Assembly: GCA_017935645.1 (NCBI GenBank) | Contig: JAGBHF010000089.1 | Location: 914 to 64,913 of the forward strand | DNA from: Bacteroidaceae bacterium | Lineage (GTDB): Bacteria; Bacteroidota; Bacteroidia; Bacteroidales; Barnesiellaceae_A | Direction of reading: 5' to 3' | DNA length: 64,000 bases | Shown: piece by piece, positions 28,408 to 36,577 of the stretch | Layout: every line of letters begins with the position of its first letter | How positions within the stretch are numbered: the first letter of the stretch is position 1 | Translations under genes and position numbers: made by a program | Notes under the pieces: generated by a model | What the model saw: only the letters and a program-made list of their open reading frames with translations | Database searches by the model: none | Told to the model about the DNA's origin: nothing

Positions 28408-29976
28408 TCAATTTACTATCACTTCTATGGGCGAGAGGTCGCGTGTAATACCATCAGGTCCTATTGCCTTGATGTTCGATATATAGAATCGCTTACCTCG
28501 ACTCAAGCGGTTGATAGCGTCGTTTTGTCGTTTTGAGAAGTTTGCACCTTCCGACTTTTCGAGCATGGCATTACCCATTTGGTCGAAAGTAACAAGTTCG
28601 AAGCTCAACACGTTGAACGATACATTTACCAAACCGTCATCGATAGCGGCTCCAAGTGTTGTCACGCCACGCAACAAACCTTTCGAGAAGGGTTTTCCGC
28701 CTTTGTAGTGAAGCTCTTGACCATTGGCATCTTTATAAGGTATATAGGGCGTGGGGTCGGGCAATCGACGCACACGGAATGCCGTTGTGGCTACAGTCTG
28801 TGTGTGTCCGTCCATAGTAGCTGTAACAGTTATGACAGCATCTTCGCCAACAGTAGCGGGCTTGGCTTCCCAGAAGTCGCCGTTGCGAGTAAGTGTACCG
28901 TTGGTCATGGTTGCTTGTACAGCATTATTGGGGATACCCGGTACTGATATACTCACGGGGTTGGAGATACCGGCATACATCACATTCATCATCGTTGCCG
29001 ATACGGTAGCCGAAGGCTCGATAACAGTATAGCTCGACATGAAATCGTGGCGTGTAGTTGTACCATCGCCATGAGGTACTTCGAGATAACCATTGTAATC
29101 ATACACACCGGTTGTTCCGCAGAACACCTCATACAAGCCATTCTTATCGAGGGGCAATTGTTCGTCGTTGATGTAGATATTGGGCACTTGAGTAGTATCG
29201 ATAGCCGCCAATACGATGTTGGCACTATACTTACTGCCTCGCATGATAACCTTTGAGTTGGGTATCACAACGGCATCGAGTTTGTTTACACGCGCGTCAC
29301 TTGCATCGATATTGGTAATGAGCGTATTGAGTGCCATTTGCTCGACATACAACACGTCGCTCTGCATCTTGGTGAGGATTGTAATGGCGGCGATAACGGG
29401 CATATTCTCAAAGAGAGTGGTTTCCCATGCAATAGGATTGATTTGCTCGGCACGCGAATTGATTGTTGTCGACAAGCACTCCTCAACGGTAGCCTTCTTG
29501 ATTGAGTCGGGCATCAATCCGCTCACGTATGTGCGATAGTCGGTTATTGACTCGCGCAGGCGACCACCATGACGCATCGAGGGCGACAACATGACATACG
29601 ATGCAGCCTCAAGGTCGTCTTGACTCTTGATATTCTTTATATCGGCATCTTTACCGTCGGCTTTTTGTACGATGATAAGTTTGAGCGAGTCGATATAATT
29701 ATATAGTTTGGTTGTACGCTCATTCAATTCGAGCGACTTATTATACCACACACCACCCTTCTCGGGATTTTGCTCATTGAAATCGGCCAATTGTTGATAC
29801 AAAGCCTCATTACGAGCCGAAGCCGTAGCTGTGGTGCGACCCAAGCCCTCTTCGACCTGACGAAAACCGTTGAGCACATCGCTCGACACGTTCAACGCCA
29901 ACATCGCAGTCAAGACGATATACATAAGGTTTATCATCTTCTGACGAGGGGTGAGTTTTGTGCTATTTCCAGCCAT
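28408..29976 (-). CDS. gldM: T9SS motor/shaft protein GldM/PorM
   Basis: 'LTPRQKMINLMYIVLTAMLALNVS' is the characteristic GldM N-terminal TM motif. 522 aa. Operon position fits. Confidence 0.9.
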   Translation of the reverse strand: MAGNSTKLTPRQKMINLMYIVLTAMLALNVSSDVLNGFRQVEEGLGRTTATASARNEALYQQLADFNEQNPEKGGVWYNKSLELNERTTKLYNYIDSLKLIIVQKADGKDADIKNIKSQDDLEAASYVMLSPSMRHGGRLRESITDYRTYVSGLMPDSIKKATVEECLSTTINSRAEQINPIAWETTLFENMPVIAAITILTKMQSDVLYVEQMALNTLITNIDASDARVNKLDAVVIPNSKVIMRGSKYSANIVLAAIDTTQVPNIYINDEQLPLDKNGLYEVFCGTTGVYDYNGYLEVPHGDGTTTRHDFMSSYTVIEPSATVSATMMNVMYAGISNPVSISVPGIPNNAVQATMTNGTLTRNGDFWEAKPATVGEDAVITVTATMDGHTQTVATTAFRVRRLPDPTPYIPYKDANGQELHYKGGKPFSKGLLRGVTTLGAAIDDGLVNVSFNVLSFELVTFDQMGNAMLEKSEGANFSKRQNDAINRLSRGKRFYISNIKAIGPDGITRDLSPIEVIVN

Positions 29977-29981
29977 AGGTG

Positions 29982-31046
29982 TTATGCGTTATCTTCGGTT
30001 GTAGTTGTGTTATCTTTCTCGGGCTCTTGGGGGGCAGGTGTGGGTTGTGACACTGATGCCGCCATAGGATGATACATGTTGATGGTCATGGCTGTAATCA
30101 TCTTCTCATACACCGAGTTGAGTTGTTGTATGTACTGAGTCATCTTCTCGGTCTCACGGCAATAACGGTCGCTATCGCCCATAGCCGACTCATACATACG
30201 GCTGATATTCTTAATACCGGTATTGACACGGTCGATATTATCGAGTTGCGAGCTTACACTCTTCAACTGTATCTCGTAGATTGTATTCAATCCGTTGATA
30301 TTGCGGTTGAGTGTCTCCATTTGCTCTACATAACCGGTCGATTGTTCATTCAGTCCATCGGAGTTAGATGTGATAGCCTGATAAGAGTTGAGCAATGTGT
30401 TAGATACCTGTGTAAGCGACTCGGTAGCAGCACGCAATTGGTCCATTTGGGTCGAAATAGCTGCCAATTGTGAGAGATATTGTTGTGTAGCATCGGTAAG
30501 CTCGGCCATGCGTGAGAGCTGGTCGGCTGCAGCCGACATCTTTTGTATACTTTCGCTCAGGCTCTTCGAGTCCTCTTCGCTGAGGTCGATGCCCTCGGGT
30601 ATACCCACAGCACGACGCGCATCGGCAGGTGTTACTTGCACACCACTATTGCCTATATTGCTACCGCCTACTACATCGCCTACAACGCCACCTTCGGGAG
30701 CGCCGTTGATAATAACAGTACCGCCATTACCACCTACGATACCGCCACCGCCACCACCGAATTGGGGACGATCTTCTTCGTCGCGTGTAGCAAGTACAGG
30801 AAATACATCTTCCCAATGGTACGACTTGCCGGGGTTATCGAATGCCGAGAGGATAAACATAACAACCTCGGTACCCATACCCAACGACAAGAGGAAGTTG
30901 CCACCGGGGAGGTGTAGAATCTTGAACAGTGCACCCCAGATAACGACGGCCGCACCTATACTATATGCAAAGTTGAAAAAACGTTGTCCCTTGTCGCTCG
31001 ACAAGAACTCTGCTATTTTACCCTTATATTTTTTATACTTTCCCAT
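29982..31046 (-). CDS. gldL: T9SS motor protein GldL/PorL
   Basis: 'FFNFAYSIGAAVVIWGALFKILHLPGG' and a second TM with 'GTEVVMFILSAFD' (conserved Glu). Gly-rich linker, then a coiled-coil C-terminus. Confidence 0.9.
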   Translation of the reverse strand: MGKYKKYKGKIAEFLSSDKGQRFFNFAYSIGAAVVIWGALFKILHLPGGNFLLSLGMGTEVVMFILSAFDNPGKSYHWEDVFPVLATRDEEDRPQFGGGGGGIVGGNGGTVIINGAPEGGVVGDVVGGSNIGNSGVQVTPADARRAVGIPEGIDLSEEDSKSLSESIQKMSAAADQLSRMAELTDATQQYLSQLAAISTQMDQLRAATESLTQVSNTLLNSYQAITSNSDGLNEQSTGYVEQMETLNRNINGLNTIYEIQLKSVSSQLDNIDRVNTGIKNISRMYESAMGDSDRYCRETEKMTQYIQQLNSVYEKMITAMTINMYHPMAASVSQPTPAPQEPEKDNTTTTEDNA

Positions 31047-31079
31047 CTTATTATGCCTTGATGAAATTACACATTACAA

Positions 31080-32501
31080 TTATTTACCGCGACCCTTGGC
31101 AAAACCTACTTGGGTGCGTACACAGCGGAAGCCGATGTATGAGCGTTGCTCGTTTTGATACTCCCACATGCGGAGGTCGGAACGTACATAGTGCGACACA
31201 TCCTTCCATGAGCCACCGCGTACTATCTTGCGTTTCATGCGGTAGGGATCTTCCTTGGCTGCATTGTACTTGTACTCGGGATTCATATCGCTGGTGATGT
31301 GGCTCAATGCCTCATTGTACGATGTTGAAGTCCATTCCGACACGTTACCGGCCATATCATACAAGCCAAAGTCGTTGGGTGTATATGTGCCCACACGTGC
31401 TGTGATAAGGTGTCCGTCGCGCACATAGTCGCCATCGCCGGGCTTAAAGTTGGCATAGAAGCAGCCACGATCGTCGGCCGAATCATTACCCTCCCAAGGG
31501 AACATGTTCTTGCTGTCGCCCATGCGTGCGGCAAACTCCCACTCGGCCTCGGTAGGCAGGCGATAGGGCTCGACAATAATGGGGTTGCTACCCAGTGCCG
31601 CCATGTAGTATTGAGTGCGCCATTGGCAGAAGGCATTGGCCTGATCCCACGACACGCCTACTACGGGATAGTCGTTGTATCCGGCGTGTGCAAAGTACAT
31701 GCGCACATAGGGTTCGTTGTAGGCATTGTCAAAGTCGTTAATCCACACAGTTGTGTCGGGATATATATTAACAATGTATGTGTTCAAGAAATCGTACTCG
31801 CTCGACAACTGACGAGTGATTGTTTCGCGATGTATCTTACCCTCCTCGTCGATGTAGGCGGTATCTTTCGATATCATGATAATCTCGTCGTAGTCGACAG
31901 GCACATCGGTATTGAGGTTGCGCAACTCGGGATTGAGACGGTTGCGACGCTTCGAAGCCTCGGTATAGTCATACACCTCATAGCGATAGTTGAGTTGTGC
32001 CACATCCAGCTCCTTGCGACCTGTAATGGGGTTAATGCGATATACACTCTCGATGGCACGAGCTTCGTCCTCATTGGGATTGCGCCAGGGTATAGCCTTG
32101 TTCCAGTTGAGGTAGGGTTTGATAGGATTGCCCTCTTTGTCCTCCTCAATCTTAAAGACTTCGTTACCGCCGTATGCGGGGTCGGCAAGGCGTTCGCGAA
32201 TGATAGAGTCGCGCACCCAGAATACAAATTGCTTATACTTCGAGTTGGTAATCTCAGTCTCGTCCATATAGAATGCATCTACCGAAATACCATGAGCATC
32301 CTTGGCAACGCCCCACACGCTATCTTTCTCGGCAGGACCCATCTTGTAAGCACCACGGCTCACCAATACCATACCATAGGGGGCGGGCTCGGCCCACGAC
32401 ACACCACCTACACCTGTCACCTCGCCCGAGTTCTGATTGCCCGGTGCGCATGCTGCCAACAGTGTTGCGGCGGCGATTAAGAACATCAAACTTCTTTTCA
32501 T
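31080..32501 (-). CDS. gldK: T9SS outer-membrane lipoprotein GldK/PorK (FGE-sulfatase/SUMF1-like fold)
   Basis: Lipobox 'LLAACAPG'. 'FYMDETEITNSKY', 'PVVGVSWDQANAFCQW', 'RLPTEAEWEFAAR', 'GNVSEWT', 'RGGSW' blocks. Confidence 0.9.
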   Translation of the reverse strand: MKRSLMFLIAAATLLAACAPGNQNSGEVTGVGGVSWAEPAPYGMVLVSRGAYKMGPAEKDSVWGVAKDAHGISVDAFYMDETEITNSKYKQFVFWVRDSIIRERLADPAYGGNEVFKIEEDKEGNPIKPYLNWNKAIPWRNPNEDEARAIESVYRINPITGRKELDVAQLNYRYEVYDYTEASKRRNRLNPELRNLNTDVPVDYDEIIMISKDTAYIDEEGKIHRETITRQLSSEYDFLNTYIVNIYPDTTVWINDFDNAYNEPYVRMYFAHAGYNDYPVVGVSWDQANAFCQWRTQYYMAALGSNPIIVEPYRLPTEAEWEFAARMGDSKNMFPWEGNDSADDRGCFYANFKPGDGDYVRDGHLITARVGTYTPNDFGLYDMAGNVSEWTSTSYNEALSHITSDMNPEYKYNAAKEDPYRMKRKIVRGGSWKDVSHYVRSDLRMWEYQNEQRSYIGFRCVRTQVGFAKGRGK

Positions 32502-32504
32502 AAC

Positions 32505-33500
32505 TTACAGTATACGAATACTTTTATGTTTGGTTTTATTTTTATCTGATAAATCGAGTTTCATACTATACCCCACAAACACCTCATGGCTGCCACTGCT
32601 GGCCTTGAGCACGGCTGTCACCGGCAGGTCGTATGAATATCCTACGATGAATCCCTTAAACTCAGCACCCAGCATTACCGACACCGCATCGTTCCAGCGA
32701 TATCCTATACCACCCCAAAAGAGCTTGTTGTAACGCAATCGCACCGTCGCTTCGGCTGTAAACACGTTCAAGTCGGTCGATACCATCATTGAGGGCTGTA
32801 CTTCATATAACGGATTTCTCAACGGGATATTGCCTCCTGCCATAAAATAAAATTGTCGAGGCACAAAAAATTCAAATCCGTTCTCATTCTCCGAGCCACT
32901 ATCTTGGTAACGCACAGTAGGCTCGGTGAGGTGCGTAGCCGACAATCCTACATGGAAGTAGGGGTGCACATAGTACACACCAAAGGCGGCATCGAACGCC
33001 ATACCCGACACCTCGGTAGTGGGAATATCCTCGTCCTCGCCCGGCGGTGTGTGGTGGTCGCTACTGGGTATCTCCACCTTCGAGCCGTCGAACTTCTGGT
33101 CTACCATACCGAGCTGTACGCCAAAGCAAAGGAAACTCTTCTTAATCTTGAGCTTGTAGGCATACTGCGCACCTATCACCATGTTGGAGAACAAGCCCTC
33201 CTGCGTACTGCTGAAGGCAATACCCACACCATGATGACCGCCCAAGAAGCGCAACGGCATATCGGCCCTACCCCAGAACGACGACGGAGCGCCCTCGATA
33301 CCTATCCACTGCTGACGAGTACCCACAAGGAAGTTCATCTTATCGCCCTGACCCGTAGCACCCGCGTTATAGTACGACGGTGCAGCCCAATATTGCGAAA
33401 GCTGAATATCGGTCTGTGCCTGCGCCACAAAAGGCCACACACACAAGGCTACAAGGATAATATGTCGTAATACACGGCGCATAGTCTTATTATATACCAT
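32505..33500 (-). CDS. porP: PorP/SprF family T9SS outer membrane beta-barrel protein
   Basis: 'QAQTDIQLSQYWAAPSYYNAGATG' N-terminal signature. 'GYSYDLPV' near the C-terminus. Located immediately upstream of gldK. Confidence 0.85.
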   Translation of the reverse strand: MVYNKTMRRVLRHIILVALCVWPFVAQAQTDIQLSQYWAAPSYYNAGATGQGDKMNFLVGTRQQWIGIEGAPSSFWGRADMPLRFLGGHHGVGIAFSSTQEGLFSNMVIGAQYAYKLKIKKSFLCFGVQLGMVDQKFDGSKVEIPSSDHHTPPGEDEDIPTTEVSGMAFDAAFGVYYVHPYFHVGLSATHLTEPTVRYQDSGSENENGFEFFVPRQFYFMAGGNIPLRNPLYEVQPSMMVSTDLNVFTAEATVRLRYNKLFWGGIGYRWNDAVSVMLGAEFKGFIVGYSYDLPVTAVLKASSGSHEVFVGYSMKLDLSDKNKTKHKSIRIL

Positions 33501-33511
33501 ATATTATAACT

Positions 33512-33600
33512 GCAAAAAAGCGATAAAATTGTGTAAAGTGTAAATTTTTATTATCAGCGCACAACAAATGCAGGGTGAGATAAATAATACCGTTCAATTA
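33512..33600 (-). repeat. Degenerate pair related to the intergenic repeat family, upstream of porP
   Basis: gcaaaaaagcgataaaattgtgtaaagtgtaaatttttattatc resembles the 53309 copy. caaatgcagggtgagataaataataccgttcaatt resembles the truncated copy at 41899 (caaagatagcgaaaggtgagtgaaaaaccgttaaag). Confidence 0.4.
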
Positions 33601-33707
33601 CAACGCAATACTACCATGCAAGAAAAAGCTCCTTATTGGCATGATTTCGCTGAAAGCGATAAAAGGAGTATCTTCAATTTTTATCGGACACGAGTAATAT
33701 AGGATAA

Positions 33708-34835
33708 TCACACCGGGCGGTATATGCCGCCGGGGAAGGCGATGACGCGGGCTTTGAATTCGAGTTCGACGAGGGTGGCGGAGAGGGTGGCTATGGGGGT
33801 GTTGAGTTCTACTGCCATGCGGTTTATTTGTCCTTCGCCTTGGGTGGTGAGGTATTGCATGATGTTTTGCTCGTCGGGGGTGAGGTCGGCTGTGTCGAAT
33901 GTTGCGAGGGGGGCTTGTGCGGGCTTGGCACTGCGTGCAGCCCAACCCATGGCCTCGATAAGGTCGTCGGCACAGGTAATGAGGGCGGCTTTGTTGTTGC
34001 GTATGAGGTTGTTGCATCCCATCGACGATATGTCGCCTACCCTACCTGGCAGGGCAAATACGTCGCGATGATAGTCGCCTGCAATGGTGGCTGTAAATAG
34101 CGAGCCACCCTTGATGCCCGACTCGACTACGACCACGGCGTCGGCCAGTCCGGCTACGATGCGATTACGCGCAAGGAAAAATCCTTTGTGGGTTATCTGC
34201 GACGAGGCGTATTCGGTGAGGAGGCCACCACGGTCGAGCATATCGACGGCTGTATTGCGATGTTGTGCGGGATAGATGGTGTTGAGTCCATGAGCCAAGA
34301 CGGCTACCGTGGGCAGTCCATAATGCAATGCAGCTCGATGTGCAGTAACATCGATGCCATACGCCAGTCCGCTCACTATCAGCGTGTCGGGGCAGGTGTC
34401 CGACAAGTCACGCACGAGTGTCTCCACAAAGTTCTTGCCATAAGGGGTGGCGTGGCGCGTACCCACGATACTCACCACGTGCGATGCTTGCAAGGCGGCA
34501 CTGCAGCCCTTATAATAGAGCATAATGGGTGCGTCGTCACACTCAAGCAATCGTTGGGGATAATCGTCGTCGGTGAAAAAGAGCGGTGTAATACCCTTCT
34601 TGCGGACAAAGGCTACCTCCTCGGCCGCCATGCGCAAGGCTCGGCCACGCTCCTCTTGCGAGAAGAGCGAGCTATCCCACCCTGTAAGGTCGGTAAGTTC
34701 CTTGGGCGATAGGGTAAAGAATGCCGACACGTCGCCTGTTTGTTGCAACAAGGTCTCGGCCAAGAGGCGATTCATGCTCTTGATATTGGCCAAGGCTATG
34801 CGATAGCGCAGTTGTTCGTCGGCAAATGTATCCAT
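33708..34835 (-). CDS. dprA: DNA-processing protein DprA (Smf)
   Basis: 'VSGLAYGIDVTAHRAAL', 'VVVESGIKGGSLFTA', 'PGRVGD..S.GCN.LI' blocks. Confidence 0.85.
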   Translation of the reverse strand: MDTFADEQLRYRIALANIKSMNRLLAETLLQQTGDVSAFFTLSPKELTDLTGWDSSLFSQEERGRALRMAAEEVAFVRKKGITPLFFTDDDYPQRLLECDDAPIMLYYKGCSAALQASHVVSIVGTRHATPYGKNFVETLVRDLSDTCPDTLIVSGLAYGIDVTAHRAALHYGLPTVAVLAHGLNTIYPAQHRNTAVDMLDRGGLLTEYASSQITHKGFFLARNRIVAGLADAVVVVESGIKGGSLFTATIAGDYHRDVFALPGRVGDISSMGCNNLIRNNKAALITCADDLIEAMGWAARSAKPAQAPLATFDTADLTPDEQNIMQYLTTQGEGQINRMAVELNTPIATLSATLVELEFKARVIAFPGGIYRPV

Positions 34836-34838
34836 AGA

Positions 34839-35249
34839 TTACTCTTCGCTTACCAACTTGTTGTAATATGGAGCAAACTCATCGCCGCGAGTGGGGCGAC
34901 CATTGCGGGTAAAGACGGTATCGACCTCGGCCTTTACACAACACTCACCGGTGGTCTTCACTATCTCTTGATAGAAAACATATCTCACCCCTACCCTGCG
35001 CACATAGAGGCGCGAGAGGAAGGTATCGCCACTACGCAACGGAGTCTTGTAGTGAATTTCGACCCGTGTTACGACCGGTGCTATACCTTGCGCTACAAGT
35101 TCGCCAAAACCGGGTCCTAACGACAACATAAACTCGTGGCGGGTGTGCTCGAGATAGTGTTGATAATTGGCATTATTGACTATACCCTCAATGTCGAGCT
35201 CGTAGTCACGTACTTTAAATTCAAGTTCGTATATAAAAGGCGCTTCCAT
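34839..35249 (-). CDS. YbgC/4HBT-family acyl-CoA thioesterase
   Basis: 136 aa. 'VRDYELDIEGIVNNANYQHYLEHTRHEF' hotdog-fold signature. Confidence 0.75.
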   Translation of the reverse strand: MEAPFIYELEFKVRDYELDIEGIVNNANYQHYLEHTRHEFMLSLGPGFGELVAQGIAPVVTRVEIHYKTPLRSGDTFLSRLYVRRVGVRYVFYQEIVKTTGECCVKAEVDTVFTRNGRPTRGDEFAPYYNKLVSEE

Positions 35250-35252
35250 AAC

Positions 35253-36497
35253 TTATTGTTCGTCTGTAATGTCTTCGTAGTGCTGAAACAAAAAGTCGTT
35301 GTAGGGGAAACGTTGGGTGTGTATCTCCTTGACACGTTGGTATAGCATAGCCTTCAACTCCTCGATATTGTCACGCTCGGTAGCCGAAATGAATATGCAA
35401 TTCTCATTCATCTTGGCCATCCAAGTCTCGCGCAACTCGTCGAGCGAAATATTCTCGCGCGTGCGAGGGGTAAGGTCGTCGGCAGCCTTCTCGACGTATG
35501 TAAATGCGTCTATCTTGTTGAAGACAATAATCATAGGCTTATCCTCATTGGGACAGATGTCGTGCAAGGTGCGATTGACCACCTCGATTTGCTCCTCGAA
35601 TGCGGGGTGCGAAATATCGACCACATGTACCAACATATCGGCTTCGCGCACCTCATCGAGAGTCGACTTGAACGAGTCGACCAAGTGAGTGGGCAACTTG
35701 CGTATAAATCCGACAGTATCGGAAAGCAAGAAGGGCAAGTTGTCGATAATCACCTTGCGCACAGTAGTGTCGAGGGTTGCAAAGAGCTTGTTCTCAGCAA
35801 AAACCTCCGACTTGCTCAGCAAGTTCATCAGTGTCGATTTACCCACGTTGGTATAACCCACGAGAGCCACACGCACCATTTTTCCACGATTTTTGCGTTG
35901 GATAACCTTCTGGCGGTCGATGCTGCGCAACTCCTCCTTCAGTCGCGAAATGCGGTCGAGGATAATACGACGGTCGGTCTCAATCTGAGTTTCACCGGGA
36001 CCACGCATACCGATACCACCACGTTGACGCTCCAAGTGAGTCCACAAGCGAGTAAGTCGAGGCAACAGATACTGATATTGAGCCAATTCCACCTGAGTCT
36101 TGGCATTGGCAGTCTGTGCACGAAGGGCAAATATGTCGAGAATGAGAGTTGTGCGGTCAAGAATTTTCACCTGCAACTCACGCTCTATGTTTTGCAACTG
36201 TTTGGGAGATAATTCGTCATCGAATATCACCAAGCCCACACCGCCATCTTCATCGTCGGCACGCATCTCGATATACTCCTTTATCTCCTGCAACTTACCC
36301 GTTCCCACATAGGTGCGGGTATTGGGATAGTCGAGACGTTGCAAGAATCGGCGTTCGGGTTGCGCTCCGGCCGTCTCGGCAAGGAAGGCAAGTTCATCAA
36401 GATACTCATTAGTCTTGGCCTCATTCTGATTGGCAGTGATAAGACCTACAAGGATGGCTCGCTCACTCGCCATCTGGGTATGGATAAAATCTTTCAT
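35253..36497 (-). CDS. hflX: GTPase HflX
   Basis: 'LVGYTNVGKSTLMNLL' (G1), 'DTVGFI' (G3), 'NKID' (G4), and the HflX N-terminal domain 'RAILVG'. Confidence 0.9.
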   Translation of the reverse strand: MKDFIHTQMASERAILVGLITANQNEAKTNEYLDELAFLAETAGAQPERRFLQRLDYPNTRTYVGTGKLQEIKEYIEMRADDEDGGVGLVIFDDELSPKQLQNIERELQVKILDRTTLILDIFALRAQTANAKTQVELAQYQYLLPRLTRLWTHLERQRGGIGMRGPGETQIETDRRIILDRISRLKEELRSIDRQKVIQRKNRGKMVRVALVGYTNVGKSTLMNLLSKSEVFAENKLFATLDTTVRKVIIDNLPFLLSDTVGFIRKLPTHLVDSFKSTLDEVREADMLVHVVDISHPAFEEQIEVVNRTLHDICPNEDKPMIIVFNKIDAFTYVEKAADDLTPRTRENISLDELRETWMAKMNENCIFISATERDNIEELKAMLYQRVKEIHTQRFPYNDFLFQHYEDITDEQ

Positions 36498-36577
36498 CTA
36501 TAACATTTTACACTTATATGGCGCAAAGATAATGATTATTTCTTACATTTGCATACCACAACTCACACTACACGATT

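Noticed and set aside
31410-32480. 356-aa plus-strand ORF. Similar long antisense ORFs occur at 30388-31158, 13496-14347, 60203-61126, 61775-62626, 49973-50818, 1824-2663, 53494-54123 and 35562-36212.
   Set aside because: Each lies entirely antisense to a gene with strong family motifs (gldK, gldL, TolC-family, fhs, uvrB, WG-repeat and others). Their translations are low-complexity or rich in Cys, His, Ile and Arg, with no recognisable motifs. They are shadow ORFs, typical of this codon usage.
33598-34017. 139-aa minus-strand ORF with striking HPRR/PHP repeats overlapping the 3' end of dprA.
   Set aside because: It is an out-of-frame reading of the GC-rich dprA C-terminal region. The dprA frame has clear family blocks, and the repeat pattern is a compositional artefact.
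33708-34835. dprA looks noticeably more G+C-rich than its neighbours, which raised the possibility of foreign origin.
   Set aside because: It is the last gene of a tight hflX-thioesterase-dprA operon with 3-nt gaps, and it is a core gene. A by-eye composition difference alone is not enough without a computed comparison.
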